Notes: generated from the sequence alone by a model not told the origin. DNA of 64,000 nucleotides from Actinomycetota bacterium (GCA_009923495.1 RFTJ01000005.1:39321-103320), one strand, 5' to 3'; positions 40,486-51,576 are shown, numbered from the stretch's first letter. Made by a program: numbers and translations.

Positions 40486-41271
40486 TTAAGCCTCGGACAT
40501 TACCTCAACATGCACTTTGCCCTGCTCGGCTAAACGAGCGGCGCGCTCGGCACGACGACGAGCAACTTCTTCAGTTGCTGCATCAATCGTCGCCTGATCA
40601 AGTGGCGCGTTCTCAACCTTGGAAACACCGTGGTACTTCTTGATGTAGGCATCTAGATTGTCGCCTGATTCCCATGAAGTGATGAGGCAGTAACGAACTG
40701 CATCACCCTGATGCCACACTGCATGCCACAAACGCTGAGTGTCAATGATGACCTGAGTGCCAGCTGGCAATGGGATGCGAGTTTCAGTTGATGGATCGTC
40801 ACGATCTTCGCGAAGAATCATCACTGAATCAGGATTGTCGGTCAAGTTAAAGAAGCCACGAACAATCCAGCCAGTGCCTTCTGGATTAAGACGGTTGTTG
40901 TCGTCGATGTGCAAGTTGTAGATGCAGTCTGCATAGGCATTTGGCTTAAGTTCAATGACTCGGCAACGGCCAATATTCGAGCCTGGCTCTTCAGCACGGG
41001 CTTTCAAGATTGGAGCAACGGCAATATTGTCTGGCACCCAGACACCATCTTTGTCGGTCTTTGGTGGAGTGTGATTCCAAAAGCCATCGCATTCCATGTC
41101 TCCATACGCGGATGCGAGCGGAGCAAACCTGGTATCACCCGATGACTTCCAGTCAACGAATGTTAGATCCAACCATTCTTTTGGATCCTGTGACTGGTCA
41201 TAACTGTCTAAGACTACATATCCGGTTTCTTCTAGGATTTCGAGTTTGGTGTAGGACACGGGGAACTCCAT
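40486..41271 (-). CDS. Hypothetical protein, possibly a cupin-fold Fe(II)/2-oxoglutarate-type oxygenase
   Basis: 261 aa with a candidate facial triad, NLHIDDNN (HxD) and LWHAVWH. The basic/helical C-terminal tail is EEVARRRAERAARLAEQGK. The assignment is tentative. Confidence 0.35.
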   Translation of the reverse strand: MEFPVSYTKLEILEETGYVVLDSYDQSQDPKEWLDLTFVDWKSSGDTRFAPLASAYGDMECDGFWNHTPPKTDKDGVWVPDNIAVAPILKARAEEPGSNIGRCRVIELKPNAYADCIYNLHIDDNNRLNPEGTGWIVRGFFNLTDNPDSVMILREDRDDPSTETRIPLPAGTQVIIDTQRLWHAVWHQGDAVRYCLITSWESGDNLDAYIKKYHGVSKVENAPLDQATIDAATEEVARRRAERAARLAEQGKVHVEVMSEA

Positions 41272-41387
41272 TTCTCTGCCAACGAATTAGGCGATGACCA
41301 TTTATGCCATCGCTAGTAACTTTAGTCGCATAGATTGAAAAATGCCTGAAGTGGCACCACTCTTGCGGTCTGTGTTTTCAAGAAAAA

Positions 41388-42608
41388 TCAAGATTTTGCC
41401 GAGGAATCACGCATCCCGAACGGCTGACCATATTCAGCATCCATCATGTTTAAAAATGGCACTGCATCAAAGTAATCGGGACTCAATACTCCTGTTCCCT
41501 GCCAGTCACCACGATGCAAAAGCTCCAATGCGATTACTGGATTGATGGCTGTTTGCCAAACAACGGCTTGAGTTTGATATTCGCGCATCGTCCAGTCATT
41601 GTCAGCAACGTGATACAGATAAACCTCGCGCGGATTTCCATCCTTGCCAATTCCTGTGATCCAAGTTCCAGCACAAGTCTTTCCAGACATCCGGTCCCCG
41701 ATTTTTGCCGGATCTGGCAGAACGGCAGCAACTAAATCACGTGGTGAAACTTTTTGGCCGTTGACCGTAACTGGCTCAGTGCTATCGAGTCCCAATTTAT
41801 GCAAAGTGTTCAGAATCGAGATGAATTCACTTCCAAGGCCAAATTTAAAAGTGACCTTGTTGCACTTGATAAATCTTGGGATTGACACCACTTCTTCATG
41901 CTCAACATTTACGCACTCAACAGGTCCAATGCCATCGGGGAAATCAAAGACTTCAGGTTCAGAAAATGGCTCGGTAGTGAACCAGCCTTGGTTGCTTGTC
42001 CAGATGATTGGCGGATTCAAACACTCCTCAATCGTGGTCCAAATTGAAAACGACGGGGCAAACTCGTACCCAGAAACCGTTATGTTCGAGCCATCTCGAA
42101 TTCCAATTTCGTCAATATCGCTGAACAGATGGTCGGATGCATACTTTGCAAAAATATTCGCCAGACCCGGTTCTACCCCGATGCCGACCAATGCAAGCAA
42201 GCCTGCATCTTGCCATTTTTGCGTTTGCTCCCACTGCTCGTCGCCAAGTTTTACACCTGTCTGATGGAAGGGATCTGTCGGATGTGGTTTCGACAAGCTC
42301 ATTGCGGTGTCTAAATAATGTGCGCTAGCTGAAAATGCTCCATTGAAAATGGAAATTACAAAACGTGGATCCACTGCATTTAGCACATGCGTTATTCGGT
42401 GCGCTTTACAAAGTGAACTCACTTCATAGGCATTCGAAGCATCAATTTGCTCCGCCACAAATCTGGAATCTTTCAGTTCTGCAATAACTGTCTCGGCTCG
42501 TTGCCGGTCGTAGTCAGCAAGGACCCAAGATTCAAAGAAATTTCGACGCTGTGCAATTTTCGTGGCTGCACTACCAACTCCACCAGCGCCGATGACCAGC
42601 ACTCTCAC
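41388..42608 (-). CDS. Saccharopine dehydrogenase family NAD(P)-binding protein
   Basis: 406 aa with the N-terminal Rossmann motif MRVLVIGAGGVGSAATK…ADYD. Its length and layout fit the saccharopine/carboxynorspermidine dehydrogenase family. The substrate is unknown. Confidence 0.7.
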   Translation of the reverse strand: MRVLVIGAGGVGSAATKIAQRRNFFESWVLADYDRQRAETVIAELKDSRFVAEQIDASNAYEVSSLCKAHRITHVLNAVDPRFVISIFNGAFSASAHYLDTAMSLSKPHPTDPFHQTGVKLGDEQWEQTQKWQDAGLLALVGIGVEPGLANIFAKYASDHLFSDIDEIGIRDGSNITVSGYEFAPSFSIWTTIEECLNPPIIWTSNQGWFTTEPFSEPEVFDFPDGIGPVECVNVEHEEVVSIPRFIKCNKVTFKFGLGSEFISILNTLHKLGLDSTEPVTVNGQKVSPRDLVAAVLPDPAKIGDRMSGKTCAGTWITGIGKDGNPREVYLYHVADNDWTMREYQTQAVVWQTAINPVIALELLHRGDWQGTGVLSPDYFDAVPFLNMMDAEYGQPFGMRDSSAKS

Positions 42609-42715
42609 GGTTTACCTCGATACCGGCACCATATTTGGATGCCTCAACGGACGATTGGTCCTAGTTTAATTGGATTTCCCAGAATTAGTCGGCAATCGAA
42701 TCAGCGAAGAATTGA

Positions 42716-43675
42716 CTATCGGAATGGACAGGGATCGGCAGGTGTTTGCGGTACAAACCCAGCCGGAAAGCCCCCGACACCTTGAGTATCAAAACTGTAT
42801 GGAGTTCCCACGGGATTTCCATGAATTGTCCAAGTTGTGATTAGCGTGATGTCCAACTTCTTGATCAGCAAAGTGTTGATGGTTGGCGCAGCAGACATGT
42901 AGGTAACTCCGAGCCCACCATTCATCTTGACGACATACTCTGAATCCATGCGAGTATGCATGGCCGGATACCAAACCAGATAAATGGCATCGTCAGTTCC
43001 AAGAAGATTGGTGTACCAACCGGTTGCACCTTCCAATTGGGATAACGAGGTAGCACACGGAGCTGGTGGCTCGACCATCTGGCTCATTTTTACTGAATTC
43101 TTCAGGTTCAGAAATTTTCCAGCAACCAATCCATCAGTTGACAGAGAATCGAACTTCCAACGAATCAAATCAGTGTCATTTATGCTATCCGCGGGTGAGA
43201 AATTATTGACCTTGCCAAGGAACTGAGTCCCAACAAATGGCTGAACCATCGTGCTAGTTGGCACATAAAGAACTGGCGTTAAAGATACGACTCGGGACTT
43301 TTTTAACTTCGCCTTAAAAATGTACTGCGCTGCCTCAGGCTTGCCGGATAGACCTGCAGGTACCAATTTCGCTGAAAAGGATGTCCGCTTATTCCTGCGA
43401 TCAAATAAAGTCCCTAAAGAATCAGAGCCTGACTCGCCAACAATTACGATTCCGTATTTTGCAGTTTTGCTATCCGAAGGAAAATTGATTGCCGGCTTTG
43501 ATGGATAAAACTTGGTACAGGTTGGCACGGAAACTTTTCCAACTTTTACGCTTTTACCCATGCGCTTGCACGGACTTTCGGTTTTGGCCTGACTGTTAGC
43601 CGGCCCCAGACAGGAAATAGCAATGACTAGTAATGTCATTAAACCGAGTGAGCGCTTCATAATTACAGCGTACAT
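42716..43675 (-). CDS. Hypothetical exported lipoprotein
   Basis: 319 aa with signal peptide MKRSLGLMTLLVIAISC (lipobox-like AISC). An alternative ATG lies at 43660. I recognise no family motifs. Confidence 0.55.
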   Translation of the reverse strand: MYAVIMKRSLGLMTLLVIAISCLGPANSQAKTESPCKRMGKSVKVGKVSVPTCTKFYPSKPAINFPSDSKTAKYGIVIVGESGSDSLGTLFDRRNKRTSFSAKLVPAGLSGKPEAAQYIFKAKLKKSRVVSLTPVLYVPTSTMVQPFVGTQFLGKVNNFSPADSINDTDLIRWKFDSLSTDGLVAGKFLNLKNSVKMSQMVEPPAPCATSLSQLEGATGWYTNLLGTDDAIYLVWYPAMHTRMDSEYVVKMNGGLGVTYMSAAPTINTLLIKKLDITLITTWTIHGNPVGTPYSFDTQGVGGFPAGFVPQTPADPCPFR

Positions 43676-43704
43676 AACTAGCTAACTACTTCTGTGCGGT
43701 TTGA

Positions 43705-44718
43705 TTATTCGTGTTCTTTATGGCCGGTCTCGGACCGAGTTGAACGAGCCATAAAGGCTTGCAACACTTCAGATGGACTCTTGCCGTGGTGAATCACATT
43801 CACTACCTGTTCAGTAATTGGCATGTCCACTTTGTATCGTTTAGCTAGTTCCAGTAGCGGACCACAACTCTTAACACCTTCAGAAGTGGTCTTAGTTGCA
43901 ATCTCGGCTTCTTCGATGGTCATGCCTTCACCTAGGTAAACTCCGATGGTACGGTTGCGCGAGAGCGGCGACTGGCAGGTAGCAATCAGGTCACCAACGC
44001 CAGATAATCCAGAGAAAGTGTAAGCGTGTGCACCTAGGGCTACGCCTAGTCGAGATAGTTCGGCCAAGCCACGTGTCATAATTGCCGCTTGCGAGTTCTC
44101 GCCGTAGCCCAATCCAACTGCCATGCCATTTGCCAGTGCAATAACATTCTTCAGTGCGCCAGCTAATTCCACGCCAAGTACATCAGTGGTGTAGTAGGGG
44201 CGGAAATATTCTGTAGTGCACGCATCTTGGACTTTACGAGCAGAGTCTTCATTCACACAGGCAACAGTGGTTGCTGCAGGCTCACGAGCAGCAATTTCAT
44301 GAGCCAGATTTGGTCCAGAAACTACGGCAATGCGATCTACTGAAATATTCGCAACTTCAGCAATCACTTCACTCATGCGCTTAGAGGTGCCAAGTTCAAT
44401 GCCTTTGATCAGCGAGACTGCGACCGCATCACTTGGAATGAGTGAGCCCCACTCTTCTAGGTTTGACCGCAGAGTTGGCGAAGGTAACGCAATGACTACA
44501 AGCTCAGCATTTTTCAAAGCCTCACTTGGCACATCAGTTGCGCAAATATTCTGCGGCAACACAAGTCCGGGATGATAGAGAGCATTCGTTCGCTGCTCGT
44601 TCACTTCACTTACGATTTCAGCAGACCGGGTCCAGAGCACCACATCGCAGCCAGCGTCCGCCAAGATCATGGAAAATACGGTTCCCCAAGAACCAGCACC
44701 CATTACGGCAACTTGCAT
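43705..44718 (-). CDS. gpsA: NAD(P)H-dependent glycerol-3-phosphate dehydrogenase
   Basis: 337 aa with MQVAVMGAGSWGTVFS…SGPNLAHEIA…KNVIALANG. Confidence 0.95.
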   Translation of the reverse strand: MQVAVMGAGSWGTVFSMILADAGCDVVLWTRSAEIVSEVNEQRTNALYHPGLVLPQNICATDVPSEALKNAELVVIALPSPTLRSNLEEWGSLIPSDAVAVSLIKGIELGTSKRMSEVIAEVANISVDRIAVVSGPNLAHEIAAREPAATTVACVNEDSARKVQDACTTEYFRPYYTTDVLGVELAGALKNVIALANGMAVGLGYGENSQAAIMTRGLAELSRLGVALGAHAYTFSGLSGVGDLIATCQSPLSRNRTIGVYLGEGMTIEEAEIATKTTSEGVKSCGPLLELAKRYKVDMPITEQVVNVIHHGKSPSEVLQAFMARSTRSETGHKEHE

Positions 44719-45474
44719 TTAGGCCTCGCCCTTTTCGTCGGAAGGTTTCTTGTTCAAGGCTACGCGTCGGTCAAAGACTGTTGTGGGAGGTGGCTCATTT
44801 CGCAGTTCGGAAAGCAACTCGGTGATTGCTGCCATGATTCGTTCCGTTGCCAGCTTGAGATTTTCAGCAGTCACTGGCTGGTCTAGTAGATCAGATAAAT
44901 CAACAGGTGGACCAGCAAGGATGCGCATGGTCTTTCTTGGAAAAAATTTCGGAAGCTTTCCACCCTGCGGAGCAAGGACTTTCTCGGGCCCCCATTGCGC
45001 TGCTGGAATAACTGGCGCTCGAGTAGCCAAAGCGATTCGAGCTACACCATTTTTGGCCGTCATTGGCCAAAGATTTGGATCGCGAGTCAACGTGCCTTCT
45101 GGGTAAATGATGATGCACTCACCTTGATTAACTGCCGCGATAGCCGAGTGCAATGATGATGCAGCATCAACCGAGCCACGATGCACTGGAATTTGACCGG
45201 CACTTTTTAGAATCTTGCCAATTACTGGGATTTTGAAAATTTCCGCTTTGGCTAAAAATCGAACCGGCCGGCCCTGATCATTGCAAAAGTGCGCTGCCGC
45301 AAATGGGTCAAACCAAGAAAGGTGGTTCATGGCCAAAATGGCGCCACCTGGGCGCTGCAGATTTTCGCCACCACGCCAGTCGCGCTTAGTGAGTAATTGC
45401 AGTGGAGGTCGCAATAGAGCTTTAACAACCTGATACCAAGCACCAGGCTTGGACTGTGGTTTTGTTTTACTCAT
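44719..45474 (-). CDS. plsC: 1-acyl-sn-glycerol-3-phosphate acyltransferase
   Basis: 251 aa with acyltransferase motifs NHLSWFDP (HxxxxD) and IYPEGT. It abuts gpsA with no gap. Confidence 0.88.
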   Translation of the reverse strand: MSKTKPQSKPGAWYQVVKALLRPPLQLLTKRDWRGGENLQRPGGAILAMNHLSWFDPFAAAHFCNDQGRPVRFLAKAEIFKIPVIGKILKSAGQIPVHRGSVDAASSLHSAIAAVNQGECIIIYPEGTLTRDPNLWPMTAKNGVARIALATRAPVIPAAQWGPEKVLAPQGGKLPKFFPRKTMRILAGPPVDLSDLLDQPVTAENLKLATERIMAAITELLSELRNEPPPTTVFDRRVALNKKPSDEKGEA

Positions 45475-45498
45475 AGTGAAATCCTTGCATACCTAAAG

Positions 45499-45536
45499 TA
45501 ATCGGGCTCGCAGGGTTACCCCTACGAGCCCGATTA
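45499..45536 (-). terminator. Stem-loop downstream of hup (probable terminator)
   Basis: 12-bp stem, TAATCGGGCTCG with CGAGCCCGATTA, plus inner pairs. The T-run on the minus strand is weak (CTTT). Confidence 0.45.
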
Positions 45537-45547
45537 AATAGGTCGCT

Positions 45548-45826
45548 TTACTTACCTGAAACCTTCTTCTTGAATTCTGCGCCTGCGCGGAACTTTGGCA
45601 CTGAGGTTGCTGCAATCTGGACGGTAGCGCCAGTCTGCGGATTGCGACCTGTGCGAGCTGCGCGGTCTGACTTCTCAAAGATGCCGAAGCCGGTGAGTGA
45701 AACCTTGTCACCTTTAGCAACTGCATTGGTGATGCTTCCGAATACAGCGTCAACTGCTGCGGTAGCATCCTTCTTGCTGATGTCAGCTGCTGCTGCTACT
45801 GCATCAATAAGTTCTGCCTTGTTCAC
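45548..45826 (-). CDS. hup: DNA-binding protein HU
   Basis: 92 aa, MNKAELIDAVAAAADISKKDATAAVDAVFGSI…GFGIFE…RTGRNPQTG. It has a GTG start with GGAGG 6 nt upstream, and lacks the long Lys/Ala tail of mycobacterial HupB. Confidence 0.93.
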   Translation of the reverse strand: MNKAELIDAVAAAADISKKDATAAVDAVFGSITNAVAKGDKVSLTGFGIFEKSDRAARTGRNPQTGATVQIAATSVPKFRAGAEFKKKVSGK

Positions 45827-46087
45827 GTGGAACCTCCATAGTTACCCGAGGCCCTGGCCCCGATTTTGTGGGTCATCCCCGACGGGAGCCGGCGATGTCT
45901 TGCTTGAACCGGACTTCCCCGCCCGGTTCAAGAATGACTTTACGCACCAAACACAAGGGTTTTAGCAGCAACACGCCGTAAAAAACGATAAAAATCGCCA
46001 ACTTTCGGGATTTTTGGGCAATTTAGACCGTTTTCTGCCGATTTTGGACAGTCTCCTGCAAATCCTCAGTCGGGCAAAACCTAACGA

Positions 46088-47020
46088 CTAAGCGATAAAT
46101 TCTGCTAGTTGCTGGGCAGTTGGTGGATTACACCCAGCTTGAGTGCAGTTGTATGCCGAAGCAAATACCGCATCGTGAACTACTGAGTAAAGCAGTGTTC
46201 GATCATTGCGCAGTTCGGGTGGAAGTTCCAACAATCCACCGGCTAGCCAACCGAAAAAGGTGTCACCTGCGCCGACCGTATCTGAAACCTTGATTTTAGG
46301 TGCGGCAATCGAGAATAAGTTCTCACCACTGGCGAAAATTGTGACTCCGCTAGCACCTTGGGTCAGTGCTACCAGATCTGGCCCCCGCAGACTTAACTCT
46401 TTAGCTGCCTGGGTGGCGGTGGCTCCTGGCGCCCACCACAGCAGATCTTCGTCCGACACTTTTATTACGGTGGCAATATCAATCCACGTTGAGTAAGTCA
46501 GTCGGAGCTTAGCTTCATCAAGTTCAGCAAAAGCGCCAGATCTAACATTTAAGTCGTAAAAAATTGGCAACCCTTGTTCTTTCTTTTGAGTCGCCCAGTC
46601 CAGCAAGACCTGCGCCCCTGGCGGAAAAACGCTGGCCATTGAACCAGTCATGATGCCATCGCAATTTTTTGGAAGTGGAAGAGAAATTTCATCTGCGGTC
46701 CAATGCCAATCAGCGCAGGAAAGTAACTCGCCATAGTTGAAGGTTGGATGGCCAGTTTCATCCTTGGTGATGGTTATTACTAATGCTGGTTGGGTGGCAT
46801 CAATACTGTTAGCCACCGATACTCCTTGTGAAGCAATGAATGATTTTAAGAATTGCCCATTTTCATCGACCGAATACCGCGCCCGCAAATCTACTTGCGC
46901 GCCAAACCTGGCAAGGGCTAGAGCTTGGTTGGCGGCACAACCGCCAGGCACCTTCTGGATGGCCCCATCGCTCATGACACAGTCCAAAACGACTTCACCG
47001 AGAATGGTTATGGCCACCAT
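46088..47020 (-). CDS. PfkB family carbohydrate kinase
   Basis: 310 aa with an N-terminal GG motif (VPGGCAANQA) and the C-terminal ATP/anion-hole motif DTVGAGDTFFG. The sugar specificity is unknown. Confidence 0.8.
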   Translation of the reverse strand: MVAITILGEVVLDCVMSDGAIQKVPGGCAANQALALARFGAQVDLRARYSVDENGQFLKSFIASQGVSVANSIDATQPALVITITKDETGHPTFNYGELLSCADWHWTADEISLPLPKNCDGIMTGSMASVFPPGAQVLLDWATQKKEQGLPIFYDLNVRSGAFAELDEAKLRLTYSTWIDIATVIKVSDEDLLWWAPGATATQAAKELSLRGPDLVALTQGASGVTIFASGENLFSIAAPKIKVSDTVGAGDTFFGWLAGGLLELPPELRNDRTLLYSVVHDAVFASAYNCTQAGCNPPTAQQLAEFIA

Positions 47021-47028
47021 TTAGTTGC

Positions 47029-47619
47029 TTAGGAGCTAGTTGTGGGCTTGAAGGCTGGGCGCTTTGTTTCGAAGTCGGCAATCTGATCGACATGGCGCAT
47101 AGTTAGTCCTACATCATCTAAGCCTTCAAGTAACCGCCAGCGCACATAGCTATCAACTTCGAATTTTGCCGAAATGTCTCCAGCGGTAACCATTGACTTT
47201 TCTAAATCTACTGTTACGTGAGTTTCTGGATTTGCCTCTACCAGTTCCCACAAGCGTTCAACGACATCCTGCTCAACTACTGCTGTGAGCAAGCCTTGCT
47301 TACCTGAGTTGCCACGGAAAATATCTGCAAAGCGCGAGGAGATAACCACCTTGAATCCGTAGTCCATCAGCGCCCATACTGCATGTTCTCGACTAGAACC
47401 CGTTCCAAAATCTGGACCTGCGACCAAGATGGTTGCATTGGCGTATTGCGGTTGATTAAGAACAAATGCTGAATCCTTGCGCCACGCAGCAAATAAGCCG
47501 TCTTCAAAACCGTGGCGAGTGATTCGCTTTAAGTACTCGGCTGGAATGATTTGATCGGTGTCAACATTGCTTGCTCGTAGCGGTGCTGCAATGCCAGAGT
47601 GAACTGTGAACTTGTCCAT
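47029..47619 (-). CDS. leuD: 3-isopropylmalate dehydratase small subunit
   Basis: [31 protein letters not shown]…[14 protein letters not shown] trimmed the start from 47766 to ATG 47619, which is 4 nt after the leuC stop. Confidence 0.93.
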   Translation of the reverse strand: MDKFTVHSGIAAPLRASNVDTDQIIPAEYLKRITRHGFEDGLFAAWRKDSAFVLNQPQYANATILVAGPDFGTGSSREHAVWALMDYGFKVVISSRFADIFRGNSGKQGLLTAVVEQDVVERLWELVEANPETHVTVDLEKSMVTAGDISAKFEVDSYVRWRLLEGLDDVGLTMRHVDQIADFETKRPAFKPTTSS

Positions 47620-47623
47620 GGAA

Positions 47624-49051
47624 TTAACCAACCTTAACTTCGAGGTCTGCTGGCGAAGAAAGCGTGCCGCGAAGTGCAGTAGCAGCTGCCACTTGTGGTG
47701 AAACCAGATGAGTGCGACCGCCTGGACCTTGACGACCTTCAAAGTTGCGATTTGAAGTTGAGGCACTGCGTTCGCCCGGTACCAGCTTGTCGGGGTTCAT
47801 GCCCAAACACATTGAACAACCCGCTTCACGCCAATCGGCACCAGCTTCAATGAAAATCTTGTCTAGCCCCTCTTCCATGGCAGCTAGGCGAACCTTCACT
47901 GAACCTGGAACTATCATCATGCGCACACCTTCAGCCACTTTATGGCCTCTGATGATTGCGGCCGCGGCCCGCAAATCTTCAATGCGCCCATTGGTGCAGG
48001 AACCGAGGAATACGGTATCAATCTTGATGTCTTTGATTGGAGTTCCTGGGGTGAGAGCCATGTAATCAAGCGCTTTTATTGCTGCTGCTTTTTCAGTCTC
48101 ACTATCGAAATCTTCTGGTGATGGAACAACGCTAGACAGTGGGACGCCTTGCCCTGGATTTGTTCCCCAAGTAACAAATGGACTCAAGGCAGTGGCATCA
48201 ATAAGGACTTCTGCGTCGTAACGGGCATCAGCATCAGATGGCAATGTCCGCCAGTATTCAACAGCAGCATCCCAATCTGCGCCTGATGGAGCATGCTCTC
48301 GACCCTTGATGTAATCGAAGGTTGTTTCATCTGGCGCAATCATGCCTGCGCGAGCACCGGCTTCAATACTCATATTGCAAATAGTCATTCGAGCTTCCAT
48401 TGATAGGGCCCGAATCGCTTCACCGCGGTACTCAATTACGTAACCTTGTCCACCGCCAGTTCCAATTTTGGCAATGATGGCCAGAATCAGATCTTTTGCT
48501 GTGACATCTGCTGGCAACAATCCGTTTACGGTAATTGCCATGGTCTTAAACGGCTTTAGCGGCAAAGTCTGGGTTGCTAAAACATGCTCAACTTCGCTTG
48601 TGCCGATCCCAAAAGCTAAGGCGCCAAATGCGCCGTGTGTTGAAGTGTGTGAGTCGCCACAGACGATTGTCATACCCGGCTGAGTTAAACCTAGTTGCGG
48701 GCCAACCACATGCACAATTCCCTGCTCCTTGTTTCCAAGTGAGAATATTGGCACTCCAAATTCAGCGCAGTTTTTGCGAAGGGCATCAACCTGCGCCCGA
48801 CTTACTGGATCGGCTATCGGAAGCAAGATGTCTGCCGTTGGCACATTGTGATCTTCAGTAGCTAAGGTGAGGTCGGGTCGGTGCACCGGACGACCAGCGG
48901 CTCGAAGGCCATCAAAAGCCTGTGGACTTGTGACTTCGTGTACTAAATGAAGGTCGATGAAAAGTAAGTCGGGTTCGCCCTCAGCCTTTCGGACCACATG
49001 GTCATTCCAAACCTTTTCAGCAAGTGTGCGACCCAATTCAAACTCCTTCAA
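47624..49051 (-). CDS. leuC: 3-isopropylmalate dehydratase large subunit
   Basis: 475 aa aconitase-family protein with [14 protein letters not shown]…FLGSCTNGR…GCSMCLGMN. Confidence 0.95.
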   Translation of the reverse strand: MKEFELGRTLAEKVWNDHVVRKAEGEPDLLFIDLHLVHEVTSPQAFDGLRAAGRPVHRPDLTLATEDHNVPTADILLPIADPVSRAQVDALRKNCAEFGVPIFSLGNKEQGIVHVVGPQLGLTQPGMTIVCGDSHTSTHGAFGALAFGIGTSEVEHVLATQTLPLKPFKTMAITVNGLLPADVTAKDLILAIIAKIGTGGGQGYVIEYRGEAIRALSMEARMTICNMSIEAGARAGMIAPDETTFDYIKGREHAPSGADWDAAVEYWRTLPSDADARYDAEVLIDATALSPFVTWGTNPGQGVPLSSVVPSPEDFDSETEKAAAIKALDYMALTPGTPIKDIKIDTVFLGSCTNGRIEDLRAAAAIIRGHKVAEGVRMMIVPGSVKVRLAAMEEGLDKIFIEAGADWREAGCSMCLGMNPDKLVPGERSASTSNRNFEGRQGPGGRTHLVSPQVAAATALRGTLSSPADLEVKVG

Positions 49052-49082
49052 TCAAAATTCCAGAATAGATTCGGAATTTCGT

Positions 49083-49155
49083 AGCCCCGACGGGATTCGA
49101 ACCCGCGCTACCGCCTTGAGAGGGCGGCGTGCTAGGCCACTACACAACGGGGCCC
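49083..49155 (-). tRNA. tRNA-Glu (anticodon CUC)
   Basis: Hand fold of GGCCCCG-TT-GTGT-AGTGGCCTA-GCAC-G-CCGCC-CTCTCAA-GGCGG-TAGC-GCGGG-TTCGAAT-CCCGT-CGGGGCT-A. It gives a 73-nt cloverleaf with a G1:U72 wobble, as in other actinobacterial tRNA-Glu. No CCA is encoded. Confidence 0.9.
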
Positions 49156-49184
49156 TAGCGTGCATCGCCATCCTCACCAAGGGC

Positions 49185-49256
49185 TGGGGTACCTGGACTC
49201 GAACCAAGACTAACTGAACCAGAATCAGTTGGGCTGCCAATTACCCCATACCCCAT
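49185..49256 (-). tRNA. tRNA-Gln (anticodon CUG)
   Basis: Hand fold of TGGGGTA-TG-GGGT-AATTGGCA-GCCC-A-ACTGA-TTCTGGT-TCAGT-TAGT-CTTGG-TTCGAGT-CCAGG-TACCCCA-G. It is 72 nt and encodes no CCA. Confidence 0.9.
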
Positions 49257-49311
49257 GGGCTTTGGTCTAGCGACTTAGTGAGTCTACCTGAGAGAGATAG
49301 TAGGTGCGAAA

Positions 49312-50796
49312 TTAGTCACTGACTGCCTGACCGATGCGGGCAAGAGCCCGATCTTTACCCAGAAGTTCCAGTGACTCAAAAAGTGGTGGTGAGACCCTGC
49401 GTCCTGTCACGGCGACACGTACTGGGCCGAATGCAAACTTGGGTTTTAATCCAAGTTTTTCAATTAAGGCAACCCGCAATGCCTGTTCGATATTTTCGGT
49501 ATTCCACAGCGTAATTTGTTCAAGTGCTTGTTGTGCGGCATGAAGTACTGGCTGTGCCTCGGCGGTTAAAACTTTTTCAGCTTCCTCTGGATCAACTGCG
49601 AAAGCGGGACTTCCCGGTTCGTCGTAATACAGAAAGCCAAGCATGCCTACGCCCTGACGAAGGGTTTCCATCCGCTCTTGCACTAGCGGAATTGCCTTGG
49701 CCAAAGTGTCTAGTTGATCGCTAGTTGGATCAGTTAAGAAGACCCCGGCCTGCTTTAAATATGGAACCAAGCGAGCGGCCAAATCTTCTGGCGCTATTGC
49801 TCGCATCCACTCGCCATTAATTGCTGTGCACTTTCGCAAATCAAATCGGGCTGGATTGGCATTGACCCGACTTACTTCAAAAACGTCTGCCATCTCTTCT
49901 TTGGAAAAGAACTCGCGATCCTCACCAAACGACCAGCCCAGCAACGCTAGGTAATTAATAAGTCCCTCGGGAAGATAGCCTTCTGTGCGATACATCAACA
50001 AGCTTGACTCTGGATCACGCTTAGATAATTTCTTATTGCCTTCACCCATCACATACGGCAAGTGTCCATACTGTGGGCGTTCACCCTTTGCGATGCCAAG
50101 TGCAGCTAGCGCATCAAATAGTGCGAGCTGCCTTGGCGTCGAACTCAATAAATCCTCGCCGCGAAGCACATGTGTTATTTCCATAAGCACGTCATCTACT
50201 GGATTAACCAATGTGTAAAGTGGCTCACCAGTTGCTCGAACAATGACGTAATCAGGAACATGTTCAGCAGCAAAAGTGACTTCGCCACGAACTAAGTCAA
50301 TCCAAGTGAAGTCGGTATCGGGCATTCGGAAGCGGACAACTGCACTTCGGCCTTGTTCCTGGAATTTAGCTTGATCCTGAGCGGTGAGTGTGCGACATTT
50401 GCCATCGTAACCCGGAGTCTTGTTGGCCGCTTTTGCTTGTTCGCGCCGTTCTTCAAGTTCTTGCGGAGAACAGTAGCAACGGTATGCATAGCCACCCGCA
50501 ACTAACTTATGTGCGACATCGGCGTAAATATCCATGCGCTGCGACTGCCGATACGGTGCAAATGGACCACCAACTTCAGGTCCTTCATCCCAGTCCAAAC
50601 CAAGCCACCGCAATGAATCTAAAAGGTCTTGGTAGGACTGTTCACTATCGCGTGCTGAATCGGTATCTTCAATTCGAAAGACAAAAGTTCCGCCAGTGTG
50701 GCGAGCATAAGCCCAGTTGAAAAGTGCGGTGCGCACCATACCAACATGCGGATTACCAGTTGGCGAAGGGCAAAATCGAACTCTTACCTTAGTCAC
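49312..50796 (-). CDS. gltX: Glutamate--tRNA ligase
   Basis: 494 aa with the class I HIGH region [22 protein letters not shown] and the KMSKS-type KLSKR. Confidence 0.95.
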   Translation of the reverse strand: MTKVRVRFCPSPTGNPHVGMVRTALFNWAYARHTGGTFVFRIEDTDSARDSEQSYQDLLDSLRWLGLDWDEGPEVGGPFAPYRQSQRMDIYADVAHKLVAGGYAYRCYCSPQELEERREQAKAANKTPGYDGKCRTLTAQDQAKFQEQGRSAVVRFRMPDTDFTWIDLVRGEVTFAAEHVPDYVIVRATGEPLYTLVNPVDDVLMEITHVLRGEDLLSSTPRQLALFDALAALGIAKGERPQYGHLPYVMGEGNKKLSKRDPESSLLMYRTEGYLPEGLINYLALLGWSFGEDREFFSKEEMADVFEVSRVNANPARFDLRKCTAINGEWMRAIAPEDLAARLVPYLKQAGVFLTDPTSDQLDTLAKAIPLVQERMETLRQGVGMLGFLYYDEPGSPAFAVDPEEAEKVLTAEAQPVLHAAQQALEQITLWNTENIEQALRVALIEKLGLKPKFAFGPVRVAVTGRRVSPPLFESLELLGKDRALARIGQAVSD

Positions 50797-50808
50797 AAAT
50801 ATTTCCTA

Positions 50809-51576
50809 TCAGTTGCGGGCAACTACTGGATTGGTCAGCGTTCCGATTCCTTGAATGGTCACACTCACACTATCGCCAGCGACAATTGGGCCAACGCCAG
50901 CAGGTGTGCCAGTCAAAATTACATCACCCGGGATTAAGGTCATGACCTTCGAAATCCAAGAAACCATTTCGTAAACACCTCGGATCATCTCTTTGGTGTT
51001 GCTACTCTGCTTCACTTCATCATTTACTTCGCAGGTGATAGCCAACGTGTCTGGATCGAGTTCGGTTTCAATCCATGGGCCTAGCGGGCAAAAAGTATCG
51101 AAGCCCTTGGCCCGAGTCCACTGCTTGTCTTTAGTCTGCAGGTCACGAGCCGTTACATCATTTGCGCAGGTGTATCCGAAAATTACTTCACCGGCTCGCT
51201 CAACTGGAACATCTTTGGCAACCGCACCAATCACAACTGCAAGTTCTGCTTCGTAGTGAACTTCTTGCGACTGCTCGGGCAAGACAATGGAATCTTGATC
51301 AGCAATCACACTGGTGTTTGGTTTGAGAAAAATCACCGGTTCTTCTGGCACCGAACTATTCATTTCTGCGGCATGATCCGCATAATTTTTGCCAACACAG
51401 ATTATTTTGCTCGGAATAGTCGGGGCTAAAACCTTCAGCTCGTCAAGCTCAACGGCTACCCCAACAAAATCTGGTTCGCCCCATGGTAACCCCCGAAATA
51501 GTGCGACCTGGGTTCCTTCAAGTACTCCGTAAACCGGGGTTTCAGTATTAGGAATCATCACTCGAACAAAGCGCAT
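50809..51576 (-). CDS. Fumarylacetoacetate hydrolase family protein
   Basis: 255 aa. The FAH-fold C-terminal pattern is …[16 protein letters not shown]…PVIFLKP…[11 protein letters not shown]…DVTARD…[12 protein letters not shown]…[16 protein letters not shown]. Confidence 0.85.
   Translation of the reverse strand: MRFVRVMIPNTETPVYGVLEGTQVALFRGLPWGEPDFVGVAVELDELKVLAPTIPSKIICVGKNYADHAAEMNSSVPEEPVIFLKPNTSVIADQDSIVLPEQSQEVHYEAELAVVIGAVAKDVPVERAGEVIFGYTCANDVTARDLQTKDKQWTRAKGFDTFCPLGPWIETELDPDTLAITCEVNDEVKQSSNTKEMIRGVYEMVSWISKVMTLIPGDVILTGTPAGVGPIVAGDSVSVTIQGIGTLTNPVVARN

Noticed and set aside
45859-46052. Three copies of a GATTTT(T)GG-like motif and a 10-bp hairpin (CTTGAACCGG…CCGGTTCAAG, 45903..45932) in the 261-bp region upstream of hup.
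   Set aside because: The motif is short, A/T-rich and irregularly spaced, so chance occurrence cannot be excluded. The hairpin probably belongs to the hup 5' UTR, but I have no evidence for a specific regulatory role.
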